Of a stretch of 64,000 nucleotides of DNA, positions 1 through 8,893 are shown piece by piece. The stretch's first letter is position 1; each line of letters opens with the position of its first letter. Below the pieces are notes generated by a model that saw nothing but the letters and a program-made list of their open reading frames with translations, was not told the origin of the DNA and made no database searches. The translations under genes and the position numbers were made by a program. The DNA is taken from the IMG/VR virus record IMGVR_UViG_3300043464_001630, positions 124,001 to 188,000 of that record, one strand, 5' to 3'.

Positions 1-293
1 TATATCGCACTTCCTTGTGTAGTGGGATCTGTCGTATAAATATTATTAGAACTATCTATTCCTAAAAATAATGGTCTTATACTTCTGGTTGCTGTTATAA
101 TTTGAGTAAATGTTGTCATCACACCAGTTGGTGTGATTTTATTTATCCAACTTCCACCAGAACAAGTAACAAATAAATTACCACTAGAATCAAAAACCAT
201 AGCTTCTGGTTGATTAATATTAATAAAAGTTTCCACCATTGGTACTTTTACTTTTACAGATTTTAAAATTGTAAATGCGTTTCCTATTGGCAT
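1..293 (-). CDS. NHL/beta-propeller repeat protein, runs off the left edge (partial)
   Basis: Manually translated from ATG at 293: MPIGNAFTILKSVKVKVPMVETFININQPEAMVFDSSGNLFVT...GIDSSNNIYTTD, with NHL-like D-xx-GN-(L/I)-(F/Y)-(V/T) repeats; absent from the ORF track. Confidence 0.65.
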   Translation of the reverse strand, partial: MPIGNAFTILKSVKVKVPMVETFININQPEAMVFDSSGNLFVTCSGGSWINKITPTGVMTTFTQIITATRSIRPLFLGIDSSNNIYTTDPTTQGSAI

Positions 294-296
294 AAA

Positions 297-1241
297 TTAA
301 AAATTTTGTCCACCAATAAACCCGTACCAATCAGATCCTACTTTTGTAAAAGCAAATACATCAGTTTTTCCAGTAGTTGTATTCACTACGGGAATCACTC
401 CATTAGCCCATTTTACACTAATTCCTGCTATTGTAAAATTAACAGTAAATGTGCCTGTTTGGGTGATGAACATGGTAATACTGAAAGAATCGGTAGGAAT
501 AGTTCCAGCTAAAGTGAAACCTGTGATATTTCCTGTTAAATTAATAGGAAAAGTGTTTCCATTATCTAAATTAAGAGATACCGATCCAGTACCAGTAACG
601 AAACTAGACTTTTCCGAAAATCCTTTCAATACCAAAGATCCTGTCATTTCTCCACCACTGAGCGGAAGAAACTTACCGAATGGATTAAACTTATCTACGT
701 ATTGCTTTGGTGCTGCATGTAAATTTTGAGTTGGATCTGCTGCTAGTACCAATGATCCAGTCATGGTGTCTCCGGATTTTAAAATGTAATTAGCAGTGCT
801 TGGAATCGGAATAGCAGAAATTTTACTATTTAATGTTTTTAAATTAACAGCATCATAATCTAAAATTGGATCTTTTACATTAACGATAAAATTGTTATGT
901 ACATCGACTTTTTGATTAAAGTGCGCTTCTCCAAATGCAGATAAAGTAGCATTAACCGATAAAGTTCCGTTCATCCTCTCTGTTGGAGCGAACGTCAAAC
1001 CATTTTTATCTAATTTATTCGCAATAGACTGAGAAATTGTATTTAGATTTGTTTGTAAATTATCTATTTGAGTTTGTACTGACGTATTAACTTCTGTTTT
1101 TATTTTAGAAGTTAAATTATCAAAAGAAACTTTTTTCGTAAAATATCCTCCAGTTGCGGGATCTGCTATATCAAACGCAGTAAAATCAGTACCCTTTACC
1201 GTGGTACTTTCTGCTAGTTTATTAATGAAAGAATCAGCCAT
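297..1241 (-). CDS. Virion fibre/appendage protein
   Basis: N-terminal coiled coil; fibre motifs DAVNLKTL, YILKSGDTMTG, HAAPKQYVD, FLPLSGGEMTG; beta-rich C-terminal domain; TAAATA-N5-ATG. Confidence 0.65.
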   Translation of the reverse strand: MADSFINKLAESTTVKGTDFTAFDIADPATGGYFTKKVSFDNLTSKIKTEVNTSVQTQIDNLQTNLNTISQSIANKLDKNGLTFAPTERMNGTLSVNATLSAFGEAHFNQKVDVHNNFIVNVKDPILDYDAVNLKTLNSKISAIPIPSTANYILKSGDTMTGSLVLAADPTQNLHAAPKQYVDKFNPFGKFLPLSGGEMTGSLVLKGFSEKSSFVTGTGSVSLNLDNGNTFPINLTGNITGFTLAGTIPTDSFSITMFITQTGTFTVNFTIAGISVKWANGVIPVVNTTTGKTDVFAFTKVGSDWYGFIGGQNF

Positions 1242-1253
1242 ACATCTATTTAG

Positions 1254-1964
1254 TTATTTTGATTTGTGCATCAGTGATCCCACACTAGTCGGATCTGGAT
1301 TTCCTATATCAATATGTCCACTCAATGGCGATTGAATAATATAGAATGTTTCGATTTTTGTTTCGATTTCTGGTCTTGGTCTGAAAATAGTAGTCGGAAC
1401 TGCTGTGTTTCCTTGTATGTGTATGTCTTTTATATTAAAAATACATTTTTGTTCACCTGAATTAAGAGGAGAAGAATATCCAAATCCTATTCTGTAAAAA
1501 TCAGTATCACTAGCAGAGATTCCGGTATTAATAGAAGCTAATTTGACGTATCTATTCGTTTCTTTATTTTTCGCTGCTATTTTCAAAGTCTGAGCACAAT
1601 TTGTAAAATTAAAACGAATAGTATCAAATTCGTTGTTAGGTTTTATCAACGAAGACAACATCGGAAAAAGTGCAAAAGAAGTGATAGTAGTAAATGACGT
1701 TCCTCTTTTTATAGTTAATGTGTCGTTGCTGTCTATCATTACACCTAAAACTGCTCCGGTCACTCCTGATCTACTTTGATATGGTGCGAATCCAAGTCCT
1801 TCGTATGTACCCCCTCCTACTAACGTGGGATTGTTAAATAAAAAAGTAGAAAATCCTCCGGTGGAATTTGTTGATCCTGATAAATTATATCCAAATGACC
1901 ATGTAATGTCAAAATTGGCATTGAATGCGCTATTGATAAAAAAATTGCAAGAAGATTCTGACAT
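1254..1964 (-). CDS. Hypothetical beta-rich (possibly lectin-like) late protein
   Basis: 236-aa ORF, TAAATA-N6-ATG, beta-strand pattern; fold is a guess. Confidence 0.45.
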   Translation of the reverse strand: MSESSCNFFINSAFNANFDITWSFGYNLSGSTNSTGGFSTFLFNNPTLVGGGTYEGLGFAPYQSRSGVTGAVLGVMIDSNDTLTIKRGTSFTTITSFALFPMLSSLIKPNNEFDTIRFNFTNCAQTLKIAAKNKETNRYVKLASINTGISASDTDFYRIGFGYSSPLNSGEQKCIFNIKDIHIQGNTAVPTTIFRPRPEIETKIETFYIIQSPLSGHIDIGNPDPTSVGSLMHKSK

Positions 1965-1998
1965 CCTAATTATTTAGACTATATAACTAAATAATTGA

Positions 1999-3897
1999 AT
2001 GGCCGGTAATGCAAGATTTCATGACAAACATCATAGGACAAATCATCACACACTGTCTACAGCAGGTATTCCTGACAGTGCTACTGATCCTATCGCATCT
2101 CCTTCGCAGCCATTCCAAGGAGATTTCGTAGTTAATGGACTTTTAAGTTCTAGTAAAGGATTAGATGTTTTATCGGCAAATTACGGAGGAGATGTACATT
2201 GTGAAAATATATATGTAAGAAATACTACTTATACTAATTTCATTTCTGGAGAAGGAACCGAAACTATTATCAGTGACGGAGCATTAACGGGATATGGAGC
2301 AAATACATTAACTTTAGATTTCGGAACTGCTATTTATGCCAAAACTCCGATAGTTAATTTTACGAATTCAATTTCAGCCGCTAGTGCGATATACACAAGT
2401 TTCGCAAAATTTGTTTCACTTTCTACTACTAACTTATCATCAGATAATGTAATAATGAACAGTTTATCTTCTCTTTCATTATCTGCAAGTTCTATAACTT
2501 CGAATAGTCTATCTGCCAGAACATTATCTAGCGAAAGTATAATTTCAAATAATTTATCTAGTCAAAATATATCAGCAACTGATGTTACAGTATCAAACAA
2601 TGTAACCATTAGTGGAAATTGTTTGATATATGGAAATTTATCTGCACTAGGAGATTTGACAGAGATTGAAACTATTTTACAAACTTCTAGTGCCTTTGAG
2701 ATAACAAATACCGATACCACAAGACCCGCATTAACAATAACTCAAAGCGGAACTGCGGAAGCAATAGTGGTAAACTATGATACTGTTTCTAATTATTTAA
2801 AAGTAGACATAGAAGGATTAACAATTAATGGAAAAATTTCGGGATTATCTGGTGTATATTCTCCAAATATAAACACAATAACAAATACAGCTAATTCTGT
2901 ATATACTACGGTTTCTACTAATTCTGCTAATTGGAACACTACATACAACACAGTTTCTTCGACTAGTGCAAATTGGGTAAGTACTAATAGCGCAGTTTTT
3001 AGTAACAGTGCTAATTGGAATTCCGTATATACTACGGTTTCTAGCAATAGTTCTAATTGGATATCTGTTTATTCTAGTGTTTCTAGTAATAGTGGTAATT
3101 GGAATTCTGCATATAATACTATTTTAAATGATAAGCCCATTTGGGATGAAACTTCTTCTATTGTTTATTTTAATTCTGCATATTGGGATTCTGATTACAA
3201 TACAGTTTCTTTTAATTCTGGAAATTGGGATACTACATATAGTACAGTTTCTAGTAACAGCGCCAAATGGGAATCTGATCATTCTACTGTTTCAAGTAAT
3301 TCTGCATATTGGCAAAATACATTCTCCACTGTTAGCGGATCATCTGCTAATTGGGAGTCTACTTATTCAGATGTAAGTTCTAATAGTGCTAACTGGGAAT
3401 CTACATATTCCACTGTTTCGAGTAATTCTGCAAATTGGGAAAATACAAAAACCACAGTAAATTCTAATTCTGCTAATTGGTTAAGCGGAAGTAATACGTT
3501 ATATTTTACTGCCAGTTCTATTACAACTGATTCTTTATCAGCAAATGTTCTATCAGCAAATATCATTCGTTTATATCAAGCAATTCATGTTTCGGTTTCT
3601 GCTGTAACTGTAGCGCCGGGAACGACCACAACAATGACTATTAATTCTCCTTCTTATTATTTTGTTACTGTAACAGGTGCAGGAACTGCTAATTTTAACT
3701 TACCACCAACTAATGGAAACAATAGAGGAATGATGTTTTATATTAAAAATGTAAGTACTACTAATAGTAATCGTCAAGTTAGCGTTAATAATTCAGCAGG
3801 AACTCCACTAACTAATGGAGTATTAGCAGGAAATGGAGGACATTATATCGAAGTTGTTTGGGATGGAGCAGCTTGGCAAGAAATTTCACACGTTTAA
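1999..3897 (+). CDS. Ser/Thr/Asn-rich fibre protein with 14-aa Trp repeats
   Basis: 632 aa; His-rich N-terminus; LSA-type short repeats; 14 SANW-type repeats; TAAATA-N5-ATG. Confidence 0.65.
   Translation: MAGNARFHDKHHRTNHHTLSTAGIPDSATDPIASPSQPFQGDFVVNGLLSSSKGLDVLSANYGGDVHCENIYVRNTTYTNFISGEGTETIISDGALTGYGANTLTLDFGTAIYAKTPIVNFTNSISAASAIYTSFAKFVSLSTTNLSSDNVIMNSLSSLSLSASSITSNSLSARTLSSESIISNNLSSQNISATDVTVSNNVTISGNCLIYGNLSALGDLTEIETILQTSSAFEITNTDTTRPALTITQSGTAEAIVVNYDTVSNYLKVDIEGLTINGKISGLSGVYSPNINTITNTANSVYTTVSTNSANWNTTYNTVSSTSANWVSTNSAVFSNSANWNSVYTTVSSNSSNWISVYSSVSSNSGNWNSAYNTILNDKPIWDETSSIVYFNSAYWDSDYNTVSFNSGNWDTTYSTVSSNSAKWESDHSTVSSNSAYWQNTFSTVSGSSANWESTYSDVSSNSANWESTYSTVSSNSANWENTKTTVNSNSANWLSGSNTLYFTASSITTDSLSANVLSANIIRLYQAIHVSVSAVTVAPGTTTTMTINSPSYYFVTVTGAGTANFNLPPTNGNNRGMMFYIKNVSTTNSNRQVSVNNSAGTPLTNGVLAGNGGHYIEVVWDGAAWQEISHV
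2893..3480 (+). repeat. 42-bp (14-aa) tandem coding repeat, 14 copies, consensus SANWxSTYSTVSSN
   Basis: Trp codons at 2932 and 3478 are 13x42 nt apart with a Trp every 14 residues between. Confidence 0.9.
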
Positions 3898-3900
3898 TAT

Positions 3901-4992
3901 ATGTTCATTAAAAATGGTAGTTATAAAAAACATACACATATTATATCATATGTGCCGCCTACCATTATTTCTCAACCAATTGGAGACATAAAAAACGTCG
4001 GAAATGATTACACGTTTACTATTTCTGCAAAAGGAAGTAAGCCATTAACTTATCAATGGTATAAAAATTACGATCCGATACTAAACGAAACAACTAATGA
4101 ATTAATTTTATCAAATTTACAACTTTCAGACGACGGATCTTACTTTTGCGAAGTACAAAACAATGGATATTTAGTAGAAAGTGATATAGTAGATTTAACA
4201 GTAATAGACAGTTTAAGTTTTTCACAACAACCCGCATCAGTATCAGCTAATCCAAATTCTAATGTATCTTTTAATGTAGTAGTGGATAGCGATACTACTG
4301 TGAACTATCAATGGTATAAGAATTCTTTAATATATCCCGGAACTTCAGATACATTATACATAAACTATGCAACAGAAAACGAAGAAGGAACTTATTTCTG
4401 CGTTGCTTCTAATTTATTAGCGGCAATAACCAGTAATACTGTTACATTAACAGTAAACGATCCTATAGTAATAAAAGAACAACCAACAGATACTTCATTA
4501 CTTGCTGGTGATAATCTAACTTTAAATTTAAGTTGTGTCGGAACATTTCCAATTAGTGCTCAGTGGAGAAAAGATAATACCAATTACGGATCATTAAGTG
4601 TAACAAACGCAGGAGATGTGGATTTAGAAATATTTAATATACAAAATTCCGATGAAGGTAATTATGATTGTGTATTAACAAATATAGTAGGATCAGTTAC
4701 TAGTAATAAAGCACTTGTATACATAAACAAACCACCAGCATTCGCATTAGAACCTTTATCAGGAACAGTTCAAGTCGGTGATTCATTTACTTTCACAACA
4801 AATGCTACGGGAACCAATCCAATTTCGTATCAATGGATAAAAGAAAACACAGGAAATGTAAATGGAGAAGTTCTTAAAAATTATACGTTAAGTAATATAC
4901 AATTTTCTAATTCTGGTAACTATGCCTGTGTTGCTTCTAACTTATACGGTACAGTAACAAGCACATTTGTAACTTTATCAGTTACGAGTTAG
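3901..4992 (+). CDS. Immunoglobulin-domain virion surface protein (4 Ig domains, Hoc-like)
   Basis: Four units of (Y/A)QWxK ... (D/E)xGxYxCxxxN. Confidence 0.85.
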   Translation: MFIKNGSYKKHTHIISYVPPTIISQPIGDIKNVGNDYTFTISAKGSKPLTYQWYKNYDPILNETTNELILSNLQLSDDGSYFCEVQNNGYLVESDIVDLTVIDSLSFSQQPASVSANPNSNVSFNVVVDSDTTVNYQWYKNSLIYPGTSDTLYINYATENEEGTYFCVASNLLAAITSNTVTLTVNDPIVIKEQPTDTSLLAGDNLTLNLSCVGTFPISAQWRKDNTNYGSLSVTNAGDVDLEIFNIQNSDEGNYDCVLTNIVGSVTSNKALVYINKPPAFALEPLSGTVQVGDSFTFTTNATGTNPISYQWIKENTGNVNGEVLKNYTLSNIQFSNSGNYACVASNLYGTVTSTFVTLSVTS

Positions 4993-5007
4993 AAAATCTC
5001 CACAATA

Positions 5008-5772
5008 TTATTTGTTGGTTCCTAAATCATATGTACCATACATGTCGGTATCATTCACTTCCATATCAAATACAAACTTCTTACTTTCTTCGTCAATTGA
5101 ACCTTCGTAAGATTTCGGAGCCGAAGAAACTTCACCCGCGATAGTACTCGTGAGTTTTCCGTAGAATGTATCTAACGTCATTTGTTCGTTCACACCTTCT
5201 TGTGGTAATCCGGGTTCCCAACTGTATTCCATTCTCATGGCTTTTACTTCCCAGCCATAATGACCACCAAGAACATTCATTTGTTCTCCTATATTCTGGT
5301 CTCTTTTTTGTGTAATTTGAAAGTATCTACCTGTTCTTCCGCCTACTCTATCGCTTCCGTATTCGTGCATTTCAAATACATCCCCTGCTTTTGGTTCTAC
5401 AGACTGATTTAATTCTGTGTATACACTAGCACCAGACATAACTTTTAAGAAGTTATTATATGCCATATAACCCGTGGCATCGTCTCCTGCATTGAATCCG
5501 AATTTACTTTGTGATAAACTAGATTCATTTAAATTAATGTACATCTTGAGAGTGTGAGGCCCGTCATAAACACTCGTGGGCTGTTCTCCGTACAACACAT
5601 CAGCAGATAACGGAGTAGTTGTATTAACCCAATAATTCACCTTCTGACCCATGCTGTTAACCATTTCTTCTGCCACATTAGCAAACACAGCAAGATCTGG
5701 TGCTAACCGAGCTTTATCATATAACTCGTAGCACATACTATTATTACCAGCACCAGTATAGTAACAAGACAT
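5008..5772 (-). CDS. Neck/head-closure protein (T4 gp14-like)
   Basis: GQKVNYW, DVLYGEQP, SKFGF, PKAGDVF, YFQIT motifs typical of gp14; size. Confidence 0.7.
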   Translation of the reverse strand: MSCYYTGAGNNSMCYELYDKARLAPDLAVFANVAEEMVNSMGQKVNYWVNTTTPLSADVLYGEQPTSVYDGPHTLKMYINLNESSLSQSKFGFNAGDDATGYMAYNNFLKVMSGASVYTELNQSVEPKAGDVFEMHEYGSDRVGGRTGRYFQITQKRDQNIGEQMNVLGGHYGWEVKAMRMEYSWEPGLPQEGVNEQMTLDTFYGKLTSTIAGEVSSAPKSYEGSIDEESKKFVFDMEVNDTDMYGTYDLGTNK

Positions 5773-5774
5773 AA

Positions 5775-6095
5775 TTAAGAAATTTTATTAACTACAAATC
5801 CAGTAGGAAGTTTTTGTAGAGTGAATGGACGTTTACCTAATTGTTTCGGTGTATTTAATTCTTCCGCATTTAATTCGTGTTTACTAATCAAATCAAAAGC
5901 TTCGGCATTTGAAATTGCTCCAGTTTTTTGCGATTTGTTTTGATTATAATTAGCATCATTTTTACTGTATCTTTTTGCTACCATGTTAACTCCTGTATTT
6001 TTACCATCTCTAGGAGCGCCAGTTCTAAAAAAACGCGAATTTCTCATGTGATGAGGATTTACGTGTTCATAAAAGTATTCTTCGAAAGATACCAT
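5775..6095 (-). CDS. Small late protein, possible internal head protein
   Basis: MVSFEEYFYE start resembles T4 capsid-targeting sequences; TAAATA-N6-ATG. Confidence 0.45.
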   Translation of the reverse strand: MVSFEEYFYEHVNPHHMRNSRFFRTGAPRDGKNTGVNMVAKRYSKNDANYNQNKSQKTGAISNAEAFDLISKHELNAEELNTPKQLGKRPFTLQKLPTGFVVNKIS

Positions 6096-6110
6096 GTTAA
6101 TTATTTAGCA

Positions 6111-6144
6111 AAAAAGGACGGACTCCGAAGAATCCGTCCTTTTT
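6111..6144 (-). terminator. Rho-independent terminator (possibly bidirectional)
   Basis: AAAAAGGACGGA...TCCGTCCTTTTT inverted repeat; CTTCGG tetraloop on the minus strand; just past the stop of 6167..6784. Confidence 0.85.
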
Positions 6145-6166
6145 ATTTTTTAAATTTAAGTTTCTA

Positions 6167-6784
6167 TTAACCGAAAATAGAATCACCCTTACCGTTTGGA
6201 TTATACTTAGGATTGTTTACCTTGATAGAACCACCGGGCTTGGCTTGATCAACTTTCTTAGTGAAAGGCATGTAATGTTCAGTGCCTTGAGTTTGTGAGG
6301 TCTTTTCAGCCTTACCATGAGCACTTGTCTTATTTGCTACTGCACCTTCTACACGAGAATTGGACATCTTTTGAAGCTTTTCTGCCTTTGACTTTGTTTC
6401 GAAGGGTTCGTACTTAGACTGAGGAGCTTCGTGCATTGTTTCTTCTTCTTCCTCTTCTTCAGCAGCTTCGTCGCCTTCTTCTTCGTCAGAATCTTCAGCA
6501 GCTTCGTCTCCCATATCTTCTCCACCTTCTTCACCCATTTCTCCGCCTTCTTCTTCGGTTTCTTCTCCACCACCAAGAATACCGCCTAGTAGATCATGAA
6601 GCTTTTGTGCAGTTTCGCGATCTAAAGTAAGAGTGACTTCATCGCCACCTTCTTCAGAACCGAAATCTTCACCACCCATTTCACCAGCACCTTCTGAACC
6701 TTCGCCAGAAGGTAGACCTAGTGCTTCTGCGTCATCTTGCATTACTTCTTCGAATAGCTTTTCAAATAGAGATTTATTGCTCAT
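6167..6784 (-). CDS. Highly acidic low-complexity protein, possible prohead core/internal protein
   Basis: Glu/Gly-rich middle, basic C-terminus; TAAATA-N5-ATG. Confidence 0.5.
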   Translation of the reverse strand: MSNKSLFEKLFEEVMQDDAEALGLPSGEGSEGAGEMGGEDFGSEEGGDEVTLTLDRETAQKLHDLLGGILGGGEETEEEGGEMGEEGGEDMGDEAAEDSDEEEGDEAAEEEEEEETMHEAPQSKYEPFETKSKAEKLQKMSNSRVEGAVANKTSAHGKAEKTSQTQGTEHYMPFTKKVDQAKPGGSIKVNNPKYNPNGKGDSIFG

Positions 6785-6855
6785 ATTTCTATTTACTCTC
6801 GTACATAATATTTTTTATAGCTTTTTTTAATTTTTTTACATTTTTTATATTTTGG

Positions 6856-6861
6856 TAAATA
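6856..6861 (+). promoter_or_regulatory. T4-like late promoter core TAAATA for terL
   Basis: 5 nt before ATG 6867, which favours 6867 over the TTG at 6852 as the start. Confidence 0.7.
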
Positions 6862-6866
6862 ACGAC

Positions 6867-7241
6867 ATGCCTAGAAAACCAAAAAAAGACATATACATGA
6901 ACAATCCAGCCCTACCAACAGTAGAGGCTCAATTCGAATGGACACCACAAATGGTGGCGGAATTAAAGAAGTGTAAAGAAAATATATTACATTTCGCGGA
7001 AAACCATTTTTATATTATTTCACTAGACGAAGGTAAACAAAAAATAACACTACATCCATATCAAAAGAGGGCATTAAGGATGATTAGGGACAATCGAAAT
7101 TCCATCATGTTGTTTAGTCGTCAAACTGGAAAATGCCTTGACGCCAACAACTTATGTAAGATTCGTGATAAAAAAACTGGTGAAATACAGGAACTTACGA
7201 TAAAAAAGATTTTTGATATTTCTGCTCTTGAAAAAGAGTGA
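6867..7241 (+). CDS. terL: Terminase large subunit, N-terminal fragment fused to split-intein IntN
   Basis: T4 gp17-like YMNNPAL, ELKKCKENILHFAENHFYIISLDEG, LHPYQ; Walker A SRQTGK followed directly by intein block A CLDANN. Confidence 0.92.
   Translation: MPRKPKKDIYMNNPALPTVEAQFEWTPQMVAELKKCKENILHFAENHFYIISLDEGKQKITLHPYQKRALRMIRDNRNSIMLFSRQTGKCLDANNLCKIRDKKTGEIQELTIKKIFDISALEKE
7134..7238 (+). mobile_element. Split intein N-fragment (IntN, 35 aa)
   Basis: CLDANNLCKIRDKKTGEIQELTIKKIFDISALEKE then stop; starts with Cys right after the Walker A Lys. Confidence 0.88.
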
Positions 7242-7262
7242 GGTCGTTATAAAATATAGGTG
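7228..7262 (+). promoter_or_regulatory. Putative sigma70-like promoter plus SD for the endonuclease gene
   Basis: TTGAAA(7228)-N16-TAAAAT(7250); AGGTG at 7258-7262 before ATG 7267. Confidence 0.4.
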
Positions 7263-7266
7263 ATTT

Positions 7267-8553
7267 ATGAAATCATCTAAAAACGAAATCAAATATTGCA
7301 AAATCACCGGAAAAGAACTAGATCCAGAAAAACAAAAAGCATCAGGAAATGGCTTATTCATTTCTGGTGCTGTCCGAGCTTTATTCAAAAAGAATAATAA
7401 AGATGTAGAAAAAACTAGAGAAGCTTTGAAGGATTTCTATTGGGTCGAAGAAATTGTAGGATACTATCCGAATTGGATATCTTGTGCCAGAGCTTTAACT
7501 ATGGCAGAAATTTCAGTCGAACAACAAGAAGAGATATACAACAGAGAATTTTTATCTAAGAGTAAATGCCAATTAGAAACATGTAATAAAAACATTCCAT
7601 ACGACATGCGAGGAATATCTGCATGTTGCGTCACTCATTATAATCAAGCATACGCAATCAAAAATAATAAATTTGATATATCTGATTATAAGTACGAATG
7701 TTTGGAATGTGGAATGAAATTTGCCAATAATATTTCTTTAGGAACGCATATTTCTCAGAATCATTTCACATCTGAAGAATATTATATTAAATTTCATAAA
7801 AAGTCAGAAGAAGAAGGACACTGTAAATGGTGTAATAAAGAAACGTCTTTTAATTCTATCCAAGAAGGCTACAACAAATTTTGTTATAACACTAGTTGTA
7901 ATGTGAATTACTATAACAAATACGAAAACCGACACGAAGCTTGTGGGGACGCTATTAGTAAAGGTTTGAAAGAATCACAAAATATGCCAAACCAAATTGG
8001 ATATTGGACTAAAAAAGGCTACACAGAAGAACAAGCAAAAGCTTTAGTATCAGAACGACAAACTACTAATACTGTGCCAAAAATAATGAAGCGAGAACAG
8101 TGCGACGAAAACGAAGCCATTCAAAAAAGAAAAGAAATAACTAAAAAATGGTTAGATTCATTTCCTAAACAAAATTATTCAAATGTTTCGCAAGAATTAT
8201 TTTGGCAGATACATGAAAATATTAAAAATGATTATAAAGAAATTCATTTTGCTACAATTTTAAATGGAACTAAAGTTTCAGATGGAAGTAATAATGAATT
8301 TAGAATTAAAACAGATAAAACTGTTAGATCATTGGATTTTTTCGTAAAAGACTTAAATAAAGTAATCGAATTCAATGGATACTATTGGCATGGTGCAAAA
8401 AATAAACATTACGATGAAACCAAAGATAAACAAAGATTAGATGAATTAAAAAATTTAGGATTATCTGTTTTAATAGTAAACGAACTCGATTACTACGAAA
8501 ACAAATCCAAGATCATAGAACAATGCATAAATTTCATTAACAATGGAAACTAA
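7267..8553 (+). CDS. Free-standing putative homing endonuclease: zinc fingers plus Vsr/DUF559-like nuclease domain
   Basis: C2H2 finger CLECGMKF...HISQNH, CKWC..FC..SC; C-terminal LDFFVKDLNKVIEFNGYYWH...DKQR...GLSVLIVNE; lies between the split-intein halves. Confidence 0.8.
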   Translation: MKSSKNEIKYCKITGKELDPEKQKASGNGLFISGAVRALFKKNNKDVEKTREALKDFYWVEEIVGYYPNWISCARALTMAEISVEQQEEIYNREFLSKSKCQLETCNKNIPYDMRGISACCVTHYNQAYAIKNNKFDISDYKYECLECGMKFANNISLGTHISQNHFTSEEYYIKFHKKSEEEGHCKWCNKETSFNSIQEGYNKFCYNTSCNVNYYNKYENRHEACGDAISKGLKESQNMPNQIGYWTKKGYTEEQAKALVSERQTTNTVPKIMKREQCDENEAIQKRKEITKKWLDSFPKQNYSNVSQELFWQIHENIKNDYKEIHFATILNGTKVSDGSNNEFRIKTDKTVRSLDFFVKDLNKVIEFNGYYWHGAKNKHYDETKDKQRLDELKNLGLSVLIVNELDYYENKSKIIEQCINFINNGN

Positions 8554-8893
8554 AAAATTCATAGAATCCCGTAAAGTCGAAGATTACGAAATATGGACTG
8601 ATGAAGGATGGGCAGATATTCAAGAAGTACATAAAACAATAAAATTTGATGTATGGACGGTAGAAACCGAAAACTTCGAAATACAATGTGCTGACGAACA
8701 CATCGTAATTGGGGAAAATCGTGAAGAAATTTATGTAAAAGATCTAAAAATAGGAGATAAGATCATCACAGAAAATGGACCAGAATCTGTAATTAGAGTA
8801 GAAAAATTAGATGTCGAACCAGAACACATGTATGATCTCAGTATAGATTCAGAAAATCATACATTTTTCTCGAACGGAATCTTATCACATAAC
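8543..8893 (+). mobile_element. Split intein C-fragment (IntC, 117 aa)
   Basis: No N-terminal Cys; block B-like CADEH, block F MYDLSI, block G SNGILSHN followed by Ser+1. Confidence 0.9.

Noticed and set aside
2893-3480. CRISPR array or ice-nucleation repeat
   Set aside because: In-frame degenerate coding repeat without spacers; 14-aa Trp period does not match the 8/16-aa INP repeat
6852-6866. ORF-track starts at TTG 6852 and TTG 54116
   Set aside because: These extensions contain the TAAATA motif; ATGs at 6867 and 54101 fit the N5 spacing
7239-8542. Group I intron or frameshift explanation for the broken terL
   Set aside because: Only 25 nt of non-coding sequence, so no room for a ribozyme core; both halves carry complementary intein blocks
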